From NCBI GenBank assembly GCA_017533005.1, contig JAFXIQ010000003.1, positions 1 to 58,561 on the forward strand: a DNA stretch of 58,561 bases, written 5' to 3'. Shown here one piece after another: positions 49,982 to 58,547 of the stretch. A model generated the notes under the pieces. That model was not told the DNA's origin. It made no database searches and saw nothing but the letters and a program-made list of their open reading frames with translations. A program made the position numbers and the translations under genes. Every line of letters begins with the position of its first letter. Within the stretch, counting starts at the first letter, position 1. Source of the stretch: Clostridia bacterium. GTDB taxonomy: Bacteria; Bacillota; Clostridia; Christensenellales; DTU072.

Positions 49982-50010
49982 AAAGGCGCACTCGAGTGCG
50001 CCTTTGTTTT
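49982..50010. terminator. Bidirectional terminator
   Basis: AAAGGCGCACTCGAGTGCGCCTTT palindrome. Confidence 0.75.
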
Positions 50011-50021
50011 TGATATAGAAC

Positions 50022-50600
50022 TTATTTTTCTTCTCTTTCTCTGATTTTTTTGAGAACGGGTAGCTCTCCTATGTAAACGATGGGCTTACCTTTTTCGAAT
50101 AGGAAAAGAGCTTTGCCTTTTAATGCGAGAATACCAACGGCTAGTGGTTCTAGCAAGAACACGATAGAAAGCACTAGCATAAACGCATAAACGACGTAAA
50201 CGAACGCACCGTTTCCGAACCAAGCGTGGAATCCTGCGACTATTGTGTCGAGCATCATAATTTCTCTACCTACGAATCCCATAATACCCACGTTTGCAGG
50301 GAATATAGCGATGAAAACGTAAACTAGTGGTAACGTTAACACGAATGCGAAAATCGTAATACCAAGAGTTAATCCGTTACGCAATTTGTTGTCTTCTATG
50401 GTAAGGGCAACGTTACTGAATAGCATAATTCCACACGACATAGTTGCTATAACGATGATGTATCTACCGAGCGCGTTAGTAATGGCATTGAAAAGTGGGA
50501 GTATTTGCATAGCAGAAACTAGGAATACTAAACCTAATGCAATTATAATTACGGAAAGAGCGAGAAGTGCGATTTGTTTTTTGCTTACGTTTGCTTTCAT
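50022..50600 (-). CDS. Hypothetical 4-TM membrane protein
   Basis: Hydrophobic ORF; start at ATG 50600 after GAGGT. Confidence 0.7.
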   Translation of the reverse strand: MKANVSKKQIALLALSVIIIALGLVFLVSAMQILPLFNAITNALGRYIIVIATMSCGIMLFSNVALTIEDNKLRNGLTLGITIFAFVLTLPLVYVFIAIFPANVGIMGFVGREIMMLDTIVAGFHAWFGNGAFVYVVYAFMLVLSIVFLLEPLAVGILALKGKALFLFEKGKPIVYIGELPVLKKIREREEK

Positions 50601-50732
50601 AACTACCTCACGGACGTTGATACACACATTATACATTAAATTTAACGATTTAACAATAGTAGACGGGCATATTTACATGAAATGACGTCAAATTTTATTC
50701 GCGCGCACTCGTAAGTGCGTGCGAATTAGGTA

Positions 50733-50760
50733 TTGACTTTTGTACAATTACTAGTATAAT
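50733..50760 (+). promoter_or_regulatory. sigmaA promoter of the RyR-domain operon
   Basis: TTGACT-16bp-TATAAT. Confidence 0.6.
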
Positions 50761-50825
50761 TTATTAGTAAAGGTGTGACGTTTCACATAAGCAGGAGAGT
50801 TTTCTTATATCACCAAGGAGAAAAT

Positions 50826-53033
50826 ATGATAAAAGAAGTCGTAATAAACCTAATAACGTCGTTGTGCTTAATATATATGATAGGCATAGTGGGATATTTT
50901 ATTTATAAGGCTTGCGCTACCAACAGAGAAGGCCGTCTTAAATTGATAAAAAGCTTTAGTAAAGGCAAGTTTATATTGATATATTTCGTAGCAGTACCAC
51001 TTTATTGGCTTGCACAAGTTTATGAAGGCGTAGCGATAGGTGGAGCGTTCCTTAACGCAATCCGTTACACCATAGAAATCGTTATCGTTAAATTTAATTA
51101 CTCTGCAACCGATATGTTAATGAACGATAGCATATTCTTCAGAGTAACAATGGATATTTGCAGAGCGCTCGTTATACTCAACGCTACTATTTTTGTCGTA
51201 GGCATACTTGGTCAAAAGATTTTCAATCATTATATGATAAAGAAGGCCGACAAGTCGAAAAAGCCCACCTACGTAATCGTTGGATACAACGATGAAAACA
51301 AAGCCATCATTAAATCTATAATTGCAAGAAAAGACGGAGAAATCTTACTTTTTGCAGAGAATACCGATGAAATAAAAGATTACGCATACGTAAACTGTAT
51401 CGGGCACGTACCTTTCAAAGTGAAGGATGACTTTGCAAAGAGTATAAGTGCAGTTGTAAAAGACTTTGCCGAGCAAAAGATAAATATCATAATCAACACT
51501 CAACGCGATGAAGACAATCTAGTAATCGTGAAGAGCTTGAGCACGTTGATAATAGAGAAAAACCTTGAGAAATTCGACATAAATAACGAAGTCGGGCTAT
51601 CTTGTTTCGTATTTGGCGAGCCGGAAAACGTTGCTACGTTCACGCACTTTGCAACCAAAACCAAAGAAGTTATAAGGTACGTTAACAAGTATAAGCTTAT
51701 TGCAATGGACTTTGTGGGAAGCTATCCTATAACGCATTTTATGAAGGAAGAAATATCTACGGAAACCGCCACTATAAAAGAAGACGTGGACGTAAATATT
51801 GCGCTTATAGGATTTGGAAAAACCAACCACCAAATTTTCTTGACGTCTGTAGCTAACAATCAAGTTATGACCATTGCCGACGGCAAGCTACAAGAAAAGG
51901 TAATTAATTATTATATTTTTGATAAAAACAAATCTAATCAGAACAAAAATCTTAACCACGATTATTTTAGATACGGTAATTTCTTGAAGAGCGCAAATCA
52001 AGAAGAATACTTAACCTTCCCTGCAAAGACTGCGAACGAGAAGTTCTATAAGATTGACGTAAACGACGAGAGATTTTATTTACGATTAGAAAAGGGATTA
52101 CGCGCGAAAGCCGAAGGAAGAAAGGCGTTTAACTACGTCGTTATTGCTTACGGTAGCGATATGGAAAATATTGATTTTGCGGATAAAATCACCGAGAAGC
52201 TCAATGAATGGGGCTTGAAAGACAACACGAAAGTATTCGTAAAAGTTCGCAATACCGACTTAAACGATAACGTAATAGCCGGCGAATACGTTAACGACGG
52301 AAGGTTTATAACGTTTGGTGGCGAAGAGAAGTCTGTTTACAACATAAATTCGATTAAGACGTCTAGTTATGAAGGAATGGCAAAAGCAAGGCACCTATGC
52401 TATAAGAGCGAAGATAAAATTAACGAATTGATGCAGGTTGAGAATAAAGAAGAAGCTCTCAAAAAAATCTATGAAGATGCTATTAAGAAGTGGTATGAAT
52501 GGCATAGAATTCAACGCGAATCTAACGTTTACGCGTGTTTAAGCATAAGACTTAAGCTCAATCTACTAGGCTACGACTACGAAAAGGGCGAGTGGGATGA
52601 AGAAGTCGCCAAGGAAATGATGGATAAGTATCAGTTGAACGATGAAATTCAATACGTAAAAGGTCTTAACGCCCCTGGAAAGAAATACGACAAACCCATA
52701 GTAGATTACGGAGATTGCAACTTTATAGAAGGCACCGTAAGGAACAACTACGCGCAACAAGAGCACCTTCGTTGGAATGCGTACGAAATAAGCTGTGGCG
52801 TACTTCCTGCGAGCATAGAAGAAATCAAGACTATTAGTCACAGAGAGCTCGTTGCAGTGAGAAAGCACGCGAATCTTACCACGTTTGACGGACTTTTAGA
52901 TTATAGAAGAATAATCGCAGAAAAGGACGGAAAAACCGAAAAAGACGTCGACGTAATCAAGTATGATTATCAAATAATGGACGATGTTTGTTGGATTTTA
53001 AAAGATAACGGCTATAAAGTCGTCAGAAGATAA
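50826..53033 (+). CDS. Membrane protein with TM module, two Rossmann/TrkA-like domains and a C-terminal RyR domain (paralog A)
   Basis: Three TM helices; YVIVGY and IALIGFGK; W..W...QRESN...IRLKL.LLG and AQQEHLRWNAY..CG...KHANLTTFD.L. Start at ATG 50826 after AAGGAG. Confidence 0.7.
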   Translation: MIKEVVINLITSLCLIYMIGIVGYFIYKACATNREGRLKLIKSFSKGKFILIYFVAVPLYWLAQVYEGVAIGGAFLNAIRYTIEIVIVKFNYSATDMLMNDSIFFRVTMDICRALVILNATIFVVGILGQKIFNHYMIKKADKSKKPTYVIVGYNDENKAIIKSIIARKDGEILLFAENTDEIKDYAYVNCIGHVPFKVKDDFAKSISAVVKDFAEQKINIIINTQRDEDNLVIVKSLSTLIIEKNLEKFDINNEVGLSCFVFGEPENVATFTHFATKTKEVIRYVNKYKLIAMDFVGSYPITHFMKEEISTETATIKEDVDVNIALIGFGKTNHQIFLTSVANNQVMTIADGKLQEKVINYYIFDKNKSNQNKNLNHDYFRYGNFLKSANQEEYLTFPAKTANEKFYKIDVNDERFYLRLEKGLRAKAEGRKAFNYVVIAYGSDMENIDFADKITEKLNEWGLKDNTKVFVKVRNTDLNDNVIAGEYVNDGRFITFGGEEKSVYNINSIKTSSYEGMAKARHLCYKSEDKINELMQVENKEEALKKIYEDAIKKWYEWHRIQRESNVYACLSIRLKLNLLGYDYEKGEWDEEVAKEMMDKYQLNDEIQYVKGLNAPGKKYDKPIVDYGDCNFIEGTVRNNYAQQEHLRWNAYEISCGVLPASIEEIKTISHRELVAVRKHANLTTFDGLLDYRRIIAEKDGKTEKDVDVIKYDYQIMDDVCWILKDNGYKVVRR

Positions 53034-53064
53034 TAAGTAAGCAGTTTTCTACAAGGAGAAGACA

Positions 53065-55245
53065 ATGAATCATTCAGTAGAAGTTTTAATGTACGCAATG
53101 TCCGTAGTTTTTATACTAGCGATAGTATTGACGACGCTACTATACTTTTGGATTAGGAAGAAGTATTCGTATAAGAAATGGACGGTTGAAATAATCTTTA
53201 TGACGGCGATAGTGCTTGTTTCCACGCTATTTAAGTATCTAGTATTTATGTACGTCAGCGATACGGAAGTACAGGCTAGTGGTTGGGACGGCTACGCGGT
53301 ATTTATTAAATCGCTATACACAACGGTAGGTGGATTGACGTGGGAAGGTCTTGCCGACGGTGGACACGAACCGCTTCCCTTTAGACTCGCGTATTACGCA
53401 TCTTCGATTTACGCAGGCGTTATGACGATAGTCATAATATCAGCGACTGCGAGCTACGAGTGGTACTCAAGACTCTCTTTAATTTTCGGATATGAAAAGA
53501 ACAAGAATATCTATGTTTTCACAGCCGTTAACGAAGAAGCCATTGAAATGGCGGAGAATATCAAAAACACACGTCCCAACGCAAAAATCGTTTTTGCGGG
53601 AGATACGCTAGAGTCTTTTGATAGAAAAGACGAACTTTGCCGTAGGATTATGGCGAACGGATTTTTATATTGGTCGTATTCAAAGGATGAAAAATCTCCT
53701 AAGAGCATAGCAAAAGCACTTCTTCTTAACAATAACAACGCGAACGATTACGACAAGGACTTTGTGGTTTTCGCATTCGAAACCGACAATCATATACCGA
53801 TTGAAGAAGACAATTTAGACGTAGTATTTGGAGATATAAAAGCGCGTATAGAAGCGAAAAAGGATGACAAACTACGTATAGAATATATACTTTTATCCAA
53901 GCGCAACGTCAATTATCAAGCCTACGAGAGCGAAAACAACAAGATGCGAGAAGCTTGGAACAACACGGAAAAAGCTAATGGCGTAGATTATAGCGAAAGA
54001 TACGTTCTCAATGTATGGAACGAGGCTCAAGTCGCAGGAAGACAAGGCGTTCGCAAGCTTATGGACGTAGGATTTATGGACGACGTCGTAAACGGTGATA
54101 AAGGCGATATTCGCGTATGGACTTTAGGTTTTGGTGGAATTGCAGAAGCTATCACCAAAGAAATCTTCGTAGGCACGCCGGGCTTTATGAATGGTAGCGC
54201 GCGTGGTTATAGCGTAGAAGTCTACGATGTTAACGCAGACCAAGTGGAGGGTATTTTCAGGTTGCAACGCCCAACGTATGCTTTTTGTGACGGTAACTGC
54301 ACGGAAGAAGTTGCTGTTTCAGAAAAGCGCGCTCAACTTGGAGTAGGTAAAGATATGTCTTGCCCCGTTTATACTTTCAATCAAGTAGATTGTTTGAGTA
54401 AAGACTTTTCTGATATAGTTGGTGGCACGGCAGAGGCGAGCGAAAAAGGCATTTTAACTCCGGACGTGATATTGGTAGCTACAGGCGATGATTACCGCAA
54501 CGTTTCCATAACTAACGCGCTTCTACAGAGCGTAGTTAATGCAAACGCCGTAAAAAATCAATACGTTCTAGTTAATATTTTCGATGACCACAATAACAGT
54601 TTGATATCCACTTTTGGCAAGAGTTTTGACGAAAACGGCGTGTTAAGAATCAATGATAAATTAACCGTAGTTATTGTAGGCAATATGAGTAATACCTACG
54701 ATTACGCAAGTTACGTAGATTATAAGCGAGAAGGTGCCTTGAAAAATTGGTCTTACAACAACGCTGATTTAACGGATATTGATAAAGAAATCAATGATGT
54801 ATTCTACAAAAAATGCAATGGAGAGCAAATAAGCGATGCAGAAATCGAAAAGATTGCTGATAATATTATTGGTATTGAGAATACGTTTAGAAATATCAAA
54901 AAGGAACAAATCGACGTTGCTTGGAAGAAGTTTTATAGTTTAGATATGTGGAGCAAAGAATCTAACTATAACGTGGTATTTTTAGGTAAGCTATACGGAA
55001 AAATGTATAATCAAGCGAGCCCTGCTACCAAGACGGAAATCTTTACGTGGTATTACGATATGTCCAAAGTAGAGCACGACCGTTGGGTAAGAAGCCATAT
55101 AAGCGACGGTTGGGTGTATAAAGCAAACAAGAACAAAGCTTGCAAGCAACATAATTGCATAATAGAATTTGAAAAGCTAGATAAAAGCACCATTGTTTAC
55201 GATACGCTAAACATTATATGGAGTAGAATTAAGTTCGGTAAATAA
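53065..55245 (+). CDS. Membrane protein with TM module, two Rossmann/TrkA-like domains and a C-terminal RyR domain (paralog B)
   Basis: Three TM helices with pore-helix-like KSLYTTVGGLTWEG; IYVFT and VWTLGFGG; SKESN and SKVEHDRWV.....GWVY....KQHNCIIEFEKLD. Confidence 0.72.
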   Translation: MNHSVEVLMYAMSVVFILAIVLTTLLYFWIRKKYSYKKWTVEIIFMTAIVLVSTLFKYLVFMYVSDTEVQASGWDGYAVFIKSLYTTVGGLTWEGLADGGHEPLPFRLAYYASSIYAGVMTIVIISATASYEWYSRLSLIFGYEKNKNIYVFTAVNEEAIEMAENIKNTRPNAKIVFAGDTLESFDRKDELCRRIMANGFLYWSYSKDEKSPKSIAKALLLNNNNANDYDKDFVVFAFETDNHIPIEEDNLDVVFGDIKARIEAKKDDKLRIEYILLSKRNVNYQAYESENNKMREAWNNTEKANGVDYSERYVLNVWNEAQVAGRQGVRKLMDVGFMDDVVNGDKGDIRVWTLGFGGIAEAITKEIFVGTPGFMNGSARGYSVEVYDVNADQVEGIFRLQRPTYAFCDGNCTEEVAVSEKRAQLGVGKDMSCPVYTFNQVDCLSKDFSDIVGGTAEASEKGILTPDVILVATGDDYRNVSITNALLQSVVNANAVKNQYVLVNIFDDHNNSLISTFGKSFDENGVLRINDKLTVVIVGNMSNTYDYASYVDYKREGALKNWSYNNADLTDIDKEINDVFYKKCNGEQISDAEIEKIADNIIGIENTFRNIKKEQIDVAWKKFYSLDMWSKESNYNVVFLGKLYGKMYNQASPATKTEIFTWYYDMSKVEHDRWVRSHISDGWVYKANKNKACKQHNCIIEFEKLDKSTIVYDTLNIIWSRIKFGK

Positions 55246-55270
55246 GCGAATTTAAGGTTTAAATTTGGTT

Positions 55271-55298
55271 AAAAACGTTACCACAGGTGACGTTTTTT
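55271..55298 (+). terminator. Terminator after the RyR operon
   Basis: AAAAACGTTACC-ACA-GGTGACGTTTTT. Confidence 0.7.
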
Positions 55299-55371
55299 AC
55301 GTTTTATACGTATCAATGTAGTAAATATGAAGAAAAATATTAAAAAGCAAGCAATTTTTTTTATCATATCT

Positions 55372-55400
55372 TTGACAAGAAAAAAGCCGTGTGATAGAAT
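55372..55400 (+). promoter_or_regulatory. sigmaA promoter of gdhA
   Basis: TTGACA-17bp-TAGAAT with TG extension. Confidence 0.7.
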
Positions 55401-55471
55401 TTACCTATCAAAAAATGTCGCAACACTTATTATATAATAATAAGCGAATCTTATAGAAGGAAGATTAAAAA

Positions 55472-56827
55472 ATGAGCTTAAAAAATGAATACCTAATCAA
55501 AGTATTGGCTGACCTAGAAAAGAGAAATCCAGGCGAACCAGAATTCGTTCAAACCGTAACGGAAATGTTCGAAAGCATTGAACCCGTTGTCGAAAAAAGA
55601 CCTGACCTAATAGCAGCAGGCGTTATCGACAGAATGGTAGAACCGGAAAGACAAATTATGTTCCGTGTTCCATGGGTTGACGACAGTGGCAAAGTTCACG
55701 TAAACCGTGGTTTCAGAATTCAATTCAATTCAGCAATTGGTCCATACAAGGGTGGTTTGAGATTTGCACCCAACGTTTATGCTGGAATTATCAAATTCCT
55801 AGGCTTCGAACAAACCTACAAGAACGCATTGACGTCACTTCCCATGGGTGGTGCAAAAGGTGGTTCGGACTTCGACCCACAAGGCAAGAGCGATAATGAA
55901 GTTATGCGTTTCTGCCAAAGCTTTATGACAGAACTATACAGACACGTTGGTCCTAACACCGACGTTCCCGCTGGTGACATTGGTGTAGGCGCAAGAGAAA
56001 TCGGTTACCTATTCGGTCAATACAAGAGACTTACCAATAGATTTACGGGCGTTCTAACTGGTAAAGCAGTTAGCTTCGGTGGCTCACTAATCCGTCCGGA
56101 AGCAACCGGTTACGGTGCAGTATACTACGTAAGAGAACTTCTCAAGCACTTTGCAGACGAAGATATCGCAGGTAAGACCTTTGCAGTATCAGGTTTCGGT
56201 AACGTAGCATGGGGAACTGTTAAGAAAGTTCACGAACTAGGTGGTAAAGTTGTTACTATTTCTGGACCCGACGGATACGTTTACGACCCGGACGGAATTT
56301 GCACGGAAGAAAAGATTAACTACTTGCTAGAAATGCGCGCATCTTGCAGAAACAAGGCTCAAGATTACGCAGACAAATTCGGCGTAGAATTCTTCCCCAA
56401 ACAAAAACCATGGGGAGTTAAAGTTGACGTTTGCATGCCTTGCGCAACGCAAAACGAAATCGGCATGAAAGAAGCTGAACAAATCGTAGCTAACGGCGTC
56501 AAGTACTATGTAGAAGTAGCTAATATGCCTACAACTAACGAAGCAGTTGCATACCTAAAAGCAAACGGCGTTATCGTAGCTCCTTCCAAGGCAGTTAACG
56601 CAGGTGGCGTAGCAGTATCAGGTCTAGAAATGTCACAAAACTCTATGAGAAACTCATGGGCAGCAGAAAGAGTAGAGGCAGAACTCGAGAACATCATGAA
56701 GAACATCTTCAGCGCATCTCTAAAAGCAGCTAACGACTACGGCTTCGGTGACGACCTAGTAGCAGGCGCAAACATTGCAGGCTTTATAAAAGTTGCAGAA
56801 GCTATGAAGGCTCAAGGCGTAGTATAA
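55472..56827 (+). CDS. gdhA: Glutamate dehydrogenase
   Basis: GPYKGGLRF, GGAKGGSDFDP, DVPAGDIGVG, RPEATGYG, GFGNVA, NAGGVAVSGLEM. Confidence 0.96.
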   Translation: MSLKNEYLIKVLADLEKRNPGEPEFVQTVTEMFESIEPVVEKRPDLIAAGVIDRMVEPERQIMFRVPWVDDSGKVHVNRGFRIQFNSAIGPYKGGLRFAPNVYAGIIKFLGFEQTYKNALTSLPMGGAKGGSDFDPQGKSDNEVMRFCQSFMTELYRHVGPNTDVPAGDIGVGAREIGYLFGQYKRLTNRFTGVLTGKAVSFGGSLIRPEATGYGAVYYVRELLKHFADEDIAGKTFAVSGFGNVAWGTVKKVHELGGKVVTISGPDGYVYDPDGICTEEKINYLLEMRASCRNKAQDYADKFGVEFFPKQKPWGVKVDVCMPCATQNEIGMKEAEQIVANGVKYYVEVANMPTTNEAVAYLKANGVIVAPSKAVNAGGVAVSGLEMSQNSMRNSWAAERVEAELENIMKNIFSASLKAANDYGFGDDLVAGANIAGFIKVAEAMKAQGVV

Positions 56828-56953
56828 TAACGCGATATATACTTCGTATAACTTTGTCAAGCCCCCAAATTCTATTCAGTCACATACGCTCTAGTATGCT
56901 CCTGTCATAGAATTGGGGGCTTTTCGCGTTCTACTTGTATCTATCGCGTTATT
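56826..56953. repeat. 128-bp palindromic element, copy 3 (ERIC-like core)
   Basis: AATAACGCGAT...ATCGCGTTATT ends; core CAGTCACATAC-GCTCTA-GTATGCTCCTG. Confidence 0.78.
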
Positions 56954-56954
56954 A

Positions 56955-57081
56955 AATAACACAATATATACTTCGTAATACTTTGTCAACGCCACGCTTT
57001 TTCGTTAGTCATTTACGCCTTAGTAAACTCCTAGCTCAAAGCGTGGCGTTTTCGCGTCTTACTCGTATCTATCGCGTTATT
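56955..57081. repeat. 127-bp palindromic element, copy 4
   Basis: AATAACACAAT...ATCGCGTTATT ends; core TAGTCATTTAC-GCCTTA-GTAAACTCCTA; arms shared with copy 3. Confidence 0.78.
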
Positions 57082-57303
57082 TTATGTTCCGACCAATCGT
57101 GATATGGAAAATCATAGCAGTCGCGAGCTTTGTGCTATAATTTTTGTTTCCATATCAGTCGGACTTATAAGGTGGAACGCCTGCGTTCCTAGAGCGAATT
57201 TGCTAGGGGAGTTCCCCTAGCGTACCCCTACAAGGTGCAAAATCGAAAATGCGATTTCCGATTTTGATGCATTTATAGTATAAATTTAGGCGTTTTTATC
57301 ATT

Positions 57304-57333
57304 AAAAAAGCAACTCTTGCGAGTTGCTTTTTT
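57304..57333. terminator. Bidirectional terminator
   Basis: AAAAAAGCAACTC-TTGC-GAGTTGCTTTTTT. Confidence 0.8.
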
Positions 57334-57346
57334 GATTTTTAATTTA

Positions 57347-58252
57347 TTATTGAACGTAAATTTCGTCGAGCATCTTATATACTCTTTCCATTGTATTTTT
57401 AGATACGTCGAGCCAGAAATTGAAGTGGTAGCAGTGATTGTCGAACGTTTTGTCGCTGTGGCATTCTTCAACGTCAACGCCTAGTTCCTTGAGCTTTTCA
57501 TATATACGTTCGCCTTGACCTTTAACGAACCAGTCTTTCTTAGCGTAAGTAATGATAGTTCTTGGGAAGTTTTCATTTAGCCAATTGATGGGAGCAATTT
57601 CTTCTGCGTAGGGGTAATCGTTAAGATTTGAGAAGTCATCTGCGAACTTGAAGTCGAGAGTGCTTTCAGCGATAACTTTAACTAGGTCGAAGGGTATCTT
57701 ATGTTGAATGGCTTCTAGTAGGTCGTAAATTCCGCAGAAAGAGATAAGGCCGGCGGGCTTAATGTTAGATTCTTCTATGTTCAAACGTTTACGTAGTTCA
57801 GGGTTTGTTAGAAGGCAGGTGACGTAAGTTGCAGCCCATGCGCCTGCGCTATCGCCCGTGAAAACTACTTTATTCAAATCTAAGTTATAAGTTTCAGCTA
57901 AAGTATTCAAGAAGTTTGTTAACGTCATTAAGTCGTTAATAATATCAAGAACGTGGTATTTGGGAGCAAGACGGTAGTTAGCATTAACAACAAACCATCC
58001 TCTGTCGGCATAAAGGTGAGAAATACTCTTACGATGTTTCTTGTCGCCTTTTACGAATCCACCACCGTGAATATTGACTACAACGGGCATTTTTTCGGTA
58101 GTTTCTTTATAGTAAAGGTCAACTTTACATTCTTCGTAATTATCGTTATAACTTATGTCTTTAACGCATTTAACGCCTTCTTTGTTAATGTAGTTTTGTG
58201 GGATATGGAACAACCAGTCGATACCCAAGAAAACAACTTCTGCTCTATTCAT
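57347..58252 (-). CDS. Alpha/beta hydrolase (HSL-like esterase/lipase)
   Basis: IHGGGF oxyanion motif, NYRLAP, GDSAG nucleophile motif. Confidence 0.88.
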   Translation of the reverse strand: MNRAEVVFLGIDWLFHIPQNYINKEGVKCVKDISYNDNYEECKVDLYYKETTEKMPVVVNIHGGGFVKGDKKHRKSISHLYADRGWFVVNANYRLAPKYHVLDIINDLMTLTNFLNTLAETYNLDLNKVVFTGDSAGAWAATYVTCLLTNPELRKRLNIEESNIKPAGLISFCGIYDLLEAIQHKIPFDLVKVIAESTLDFKFADDFSNLNDYPYAEEIAPINWLNENFPRTIITYAKKDWFVKGQGERIYEKLKELGVDVEECHSDKTFDNHCYHFNFWLDVSKNTMERVYKMLDEIYVQ

Positions 58253-58340
58253 GATGAGCCCTCCCGAAACGTATTATATAAGTATTCTACCACTAAAATA
58301 CTCATAAATCAATATAAATATGAATTTTAATAATATTCGT

Positions 58341-58369
58341 TTGACAAAATCGTAAATAGTCATTATAAT
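58341..58369 (+). promoter_or_regulatory. sigmaA promoter of the tRNA
   Basis: TTGACA-17bp-TATAAT. Confidence 0.75.
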
Positions 58370-58388
58370 TGTTGAAGTAGAAAGAAGT

Positions 58389-58436
58389 GCACCCTTAGCT
58401 CAATTGGATAGAGCGTTGGTCTACGGACCCAAAGGT
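58389..58436 (+). pseudogene. 5'-half duplicate of tRNA-Arg(ACG)
   Basis: 47/48 identity to 58471-58518; no T-arm or 3' acceptor strand. Confidence 0.8.
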
Positions 58437-58470
58437 CAAAACTGAATATTTCCCCCGATTTCGGGGTTAT

Positions 58471-58547
58471 GCACCCTTAGCTCAATTGGATAGAGCGTTG
58501 GTCTACGGAACCAAAGGTTAGGAGTTCGAGCCTCTTAGGGTGCGCCA
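58471..58547 (+). tRNA. tRNA-Arg (ACG)
   Basis: Acceptor GCACCCT/AGGGTGC, D-arm, anticodon stem TTGGT-CTACGGA-ACCAA, GTTCGA T-loop, encoded CCA. Confidence 0.96.

Noticed and set aside
50774-50787. CRP/Rex binding site
   Set aside because: The TGTGA/TCACA half-sites are spaced by 4 bp rather than the required 6.
58389-58547. Permuted/split tRNA or active attL/attR
   Set aside because: The intact tRNA is complete, and only 34 bp separate the two copies, with no integrase.
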